Part shown: one piece after another, positions 59,690-64,000 of the stretch | Position numbering within the stretch: position 1 is the first letter of the stretch | Layout of the letters: every line of letters begins with the position of its first letter | Assembly: GCF_009914755.1 (NCBI RefSeq) | Contig: NC_060935.1 | Reading direction: 5' to 3' (one strand) | Source of the DNA: the human T2T-CHM13v2.0 reference genome, Homo sapiens | DNA: 64,000 nt | Translations under genes and position numbers: made by a program | Notes under the pieces: model-generated | What the model was told of the DNA's origin: nothing | Seen by the model: the letters and a program-made list of their open reading frames with translations, nothing else | The model's database searches: none

Positions 59690-60020
59690 TTTATCTAAGT
59701 GCCGAGAAGAAAAGTCAGGTTTTAAAATATTGTCCATGACTTGTTTTCTAATAGCTTCTAATTTCTCATGGAGGCAATCGTATTTGAAATGAGATTTGAG
59801 TAAAAAGGAAAAGCATGGTATTTGCAAACTATTCATCCATATACAATAAAGCTTTAATGATTTTTTCCTTCCACGATTTTAGCATAAAGTCTGATCCTAT
59901 GGTCTTTACATAGGTTGAGCTTTTACATTTTTAAAATGGTATTTCAGCTTGATTAGGAACTCCAAGGGGAGAGGGCTGATCCAGACTAGAATCCAGACAG
60001 CTTGTTCACCCACTGTATTT

Positions 60021-60039
60021 TGCCCAGTAGAGGGCACTT
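60021..60039 (+). promoter_or_regulatory. CTCF binding motif (candidate)
   Basis: TGCCCAGTAGAGGGCACTT; core CCAGTAGAGGGCAC fits CCASYAGRKGGCRS at every position. Confidence 0.6.
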
Positions 60040-60054
60040 GGAACTCACACATAA

Positions 60055-60426
<372 letters not shown>

Positions 60427-60923
60427 GCCATGGAGATTCTTAATTAACAGATAACATCAGGTTTTCATTGACACTGGTAAAATGAGGTGACTGTGACCTT
60501 GAATAATAAAATCTGTAATCATTTTGGAAATATCAGGAGTTGGAAACTACTTAGATATTTCTTCTTGGTGATTGTGCTGACCTGTAATCAATACAAACAA
60601 AATCTAAATTGCAAATTATTCTTCAAGCTACATCCCCGGGGTAAAAATTTTATTTCTTTTTAAAAATAAAATTGAATATATACTTGTGACAGCTTTAGGA
60701 TAAGAAAGTAATAGACATATAACATCTATTATTCTTACGTGAGGAGAATTGAATTGCTTAATACTTTTAAGTATCAAATAAACAAGTTTCAGGCACAGGA
60801 AAAAGGAGTCTTAGAATGTTGAGATTCAACATTTTCCCCTTCGTCCGCAGAGTACAGCTTAAGCAGCAAAATGAGGAAAACGACATTCTCTCTCTGTTCT
60901 GTTTACAAGTCAAAAGCTTTGAT

Positions 60924-60942
60924 TTACCACTAGAGGGCACTC
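60924..60942 (+). promoter_or_regulatory. CTCF binding motif (candidate)
   Basis: TTACCACTAGAGGGCACTC; core CCACTAGAGGGCAC fits CCASYAGRKGGCRS at every position. Confidence 0.65.
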
Positions 60943-61484
60943 ATTACCCTGTTATCTTTCTGAGGCCTTTAGCTCAGCAGGGCTCCCATTCAAACGGAAT
61001 CTCTGCATTTACTAACATTTGTGAATTATTTAGGAATAATTAGAAACACCCCATAATTCTGGACAGATTTTTTTCTTTCTAATGCTTCTTCTGATTGTGA
61101 CGAAAAGTCCTTGACTGCATCAAATGTAAACTAGAGGGACTTAGCAAATTCAGATTGCTTTTGCAACCATACATAAAATGTACTTTACTATCATACATTT
61201 TTAATTTTTATAAAGCAAAGTAAAAATTTAAGAACACTTATGCTTCTCTTTTTATGTTTTTCTTTTATAGAAGCAATTCTGGATATTAATCACTTTGGAA
61301 CGACATCTTTGTGATGTTTCACAGCATAAAATCAACTGCTACATTGGTTTCTTATAGTTTCTTTGCAGAATGATGAAAAAAATAATTAATCTCGTGAAAA
61401 TCCTTCTAATTGCACCAGTTTTCTGGTGTTGCGTAGTATATCTCCAACTCTAAAATTTTATTACTCAGGTCTTTCAGTACAGCA

Positions 61485-63473
61485 TGTGGTCAGGTTGTAT
61501 TATTATTTGCAAATATTTACTCCACCTTTTTCCCAATGGGAGGAAAATTACCCATGCCATCATGCTGAGCTTGGTCAATGGAATGTGAGAAGAATAACGA
61601 TGCCAATTTCAAGGAAAGACCTTAAATATGATTTAAGAATAAAGGCATTAGCCTCTTGCCTTTCCCTTTTGCCATGAGAATGCATGTGTTATGAGAATGC
61701 ATGAGTGGCTGCCTGTCAGCCTGGGTCCCTGAATGTGAAGCTCTATGGAACAGAGCCAAGGTTTTCAGAGCCAAGTGACACTCGCTGGCATGTTACTTGG
61801 GCAAGAAACCTGTTTACTGTTGTAAGCCACTAGAGTTTTAGGGTTGCTTTTTGTGCAGCAAACTGACTCATATAGAAATTGATATGACGAGTGGGGAACT
61901 ACTTTATGAAAATAAAAATGGTGTCACAATTGCTTCAGGATAAAGCAGTAGGTGGTAAGAAAACTGTAAAGGAAATTGAAAAAAAGTGGTGATCGATGTA
62001 ATATAGTTTTTCTGCAATGGTGATAAGTTTGGAGGCAGAGAGTATACCTCATGAAATTGTAGCTTTGGCTGGCGGGGTATTTAAAAGGAATATTTCTAGT
62101 GTGAGTTGGTTATTAGCTACATTTGATAAGATATTTTTAAAAGGAAATAAATACAGAAAATAACTGGCCTGTTTGTAGGAAGGAGTGAAATAGAAAACAC
62201 AGAGTCCCAAATTTTGGGATTTCAGAGTTGAAAAGTGAAACTGTTTTCAATCATCAATTGATAAAAAATAAAATTAAGAAATGTTTTGAGCCAAAAACAC
62301 TGATTAAGACATAGGTACAGCTAAAATTAGGGGTGTGGCCACAAATCCTAAGGGCACAGTTCTGCCATAACTAGATAAGCACACAATATCTTTAATTAAG
62401 TCTAAAGAAAAACATACATCTACAAAATAATTGTGGTAGCAGCTACTGGCACACAGAAATGTAATCACATAGATAAATAGCTATATCTTTGAAAGAGTTG
62501 TACTGCCAAAAGCACTGTCATCTTCAATTCAAAGAGACTGTAACTGTTTGAGATGATTTGTGCCCCAATTTTCTTGGGCAAGAGGCAGGCTGAGAAAGCT
62601 GCTCCTTCCCCTAGAATGGCATTGTCTCCAATGCTCTCCTCAGGTGCATCCAACAAGAATAACCAAAAAGAGAAGATGTTCCAGAGGGTGGATTCAAGAC
62701 ACAGAGAATGATGGACTGAGGGTATCTCCACTTCTACCTCCTCAAGAGCTGAACAGAGGCTACTCAAGAAATATTCCCTGCTCTAGGTTAGGAGGCCTCA
62801 TGATGCTTGTTCAGCAGAATTTCAAAATTACTGTGTATTACTGATGGCTAAGTGTCTGTCTGCCTTCCTCTTCATGAATGGAGGTTTCATTGTAGTTGTT
62901 CTGTCCCTGTTTCACCATTTTATGTGAGTGTGTATGAGTTATTTTATTCCTGACTTAGAGAGTACCACAAGATCTTCAACTTTGCACCTGATGCCGTAAG
63001 CGGATGCAATTTTCAAGGTATATTTAATGGGAGCGAGTAACTTTGAGTGAGAAAGGAAGGAAAGTGAATATCCAGAGAAGGTGTTCTTTGACCGATTGTA
63101 TTATTCTTTGCAAATGTATATTTCCCTCTCCTGCTATGGGAAAAATGTATTTTCTTGCTTCACGGATGTTGGGCTACTCCATGTGACTTTTTTTTTTTTT
63201 TTTTTTTTTGGCCAACAGTATGTGAGCCAATGAGACAAACATTATATTTGCACAGAAACTTCAAAAGTGATTGCTTCTTGTTAGCCTCTGCCACAAAAGT
63301 AAGCATCTTTCCCTGAGGTCCCGGTATGAAAGGAAATGTAGTACAGAGTTGAGCAAAGCTCTAGTACCCCATCCATTCCACAGATGCAGACATGTGAGTA
63401 GTAAACAAATATTTGCTGCTACAAGCCACTGAGATTTTAGAATGTTTCCTTCATGGCAAGCTCGCTGATGAAG
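61485..63473 (+). mobile_element. Ancient MLT1 (MLT1I-like) provirus: LTR 61485-61874, internal part, LTR ~63082-63473
   Basis: Two diverged LTR copies sharing TTGTATTATT-TTTGCAAAT, TGG-CAA and AAGCCACT-GAG-TTTTAG. Internal part begins GAAATTGATA...GAGTGGGG. Confidence 0.65.
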
Positions 63474-64000
63474 GACTCAAGATCTTGTTTGAAATTTCCT
63501 TTGCAGTTTTGTTCAAGGGATGTAGTGCCCATAAAAATTTTATTAGTTATTTAAAAAATAATCATTTAAGCTATAGTATTCCAAAAAACCTTAGCTTATA
63601 TGCCAAATAAAATTAAAAGTATTTTTCTTTATTAAAATGAAGCAAACACTTGCTGATGTTGAAACCTCAACACACAGGAAGTTAGAACATTAGAAATTAG
63701 AAAATAGAAAGACAATTCCGTAAGGTTATTGGTTTTGTTTAGTAGGACTTTGTGGTGTATGTATAGCACATTAATGAGTCGAATCAAACTATTTGTAATG
63801 TAGGCCTTAAGAGTGAACTGGACACTTTTGAAAACTATAGATGCATTACTGACATACAGTGTACTACTGAGAACTGTCAGATTATATGTATGAACCTTTG
63901 CCAGTGACTTTCCAGCTTGGTAATGTGTCATACTAGAGGAACAGGATCATTTAGAAGCATGCCTCATGTGATGTGATACTAGTAGTGAAGTAACAACATT

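Overview
AT-rich, repeat-dense primate (most likely human) non-coding DNA, either intronic or intergenic. I cannot support any host protein-coding exon, RNA gene or CRISPR array. Nearly all of the listed ORFs are LINE-1 fragments, Alu/LTR read-throughs or chance ORFs. Main content: (1) a full-length young L1 (late L1PA2-like, minus strand, 1637-7681) with a 17-bp TSD, one ORF1 nonsense codon, two ORF2 frameshifts, an intact endonuclease domain and an intact antisense ORF0; (2) a full-length old L1MA-type element (plus strand, ~8707-16958) head-to-head with it, carrying three Alu insertions and a THE1 LTR; (3) further truncated L1s, about 11 Alus, several MaLR LTRs or proviruses (THE1, MST, MLT1), a MER4 LTR, DNA transposons (MER2, Tigger3-like, MER5-like, a probable hAT-Tip100 element), L2 and MIR. 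I did not find a convincing new biological system. The observations most worth checking are a pair of strong same-orientation CTCF motifs at ~60.0 and ~60.9 kb, the residual coding and promoter potential of the young L1, a tail-out inverted Alu fusion at 41.5 kb, a tail-less Alu fragment that replaces L1 sequence at 10.7 kb, and two repeat-free, motif-rich enhancer candidates. Subfamily names come from remembered consensus features, not from a RepeatMasker run, and boundaries of old repeats are approximate.
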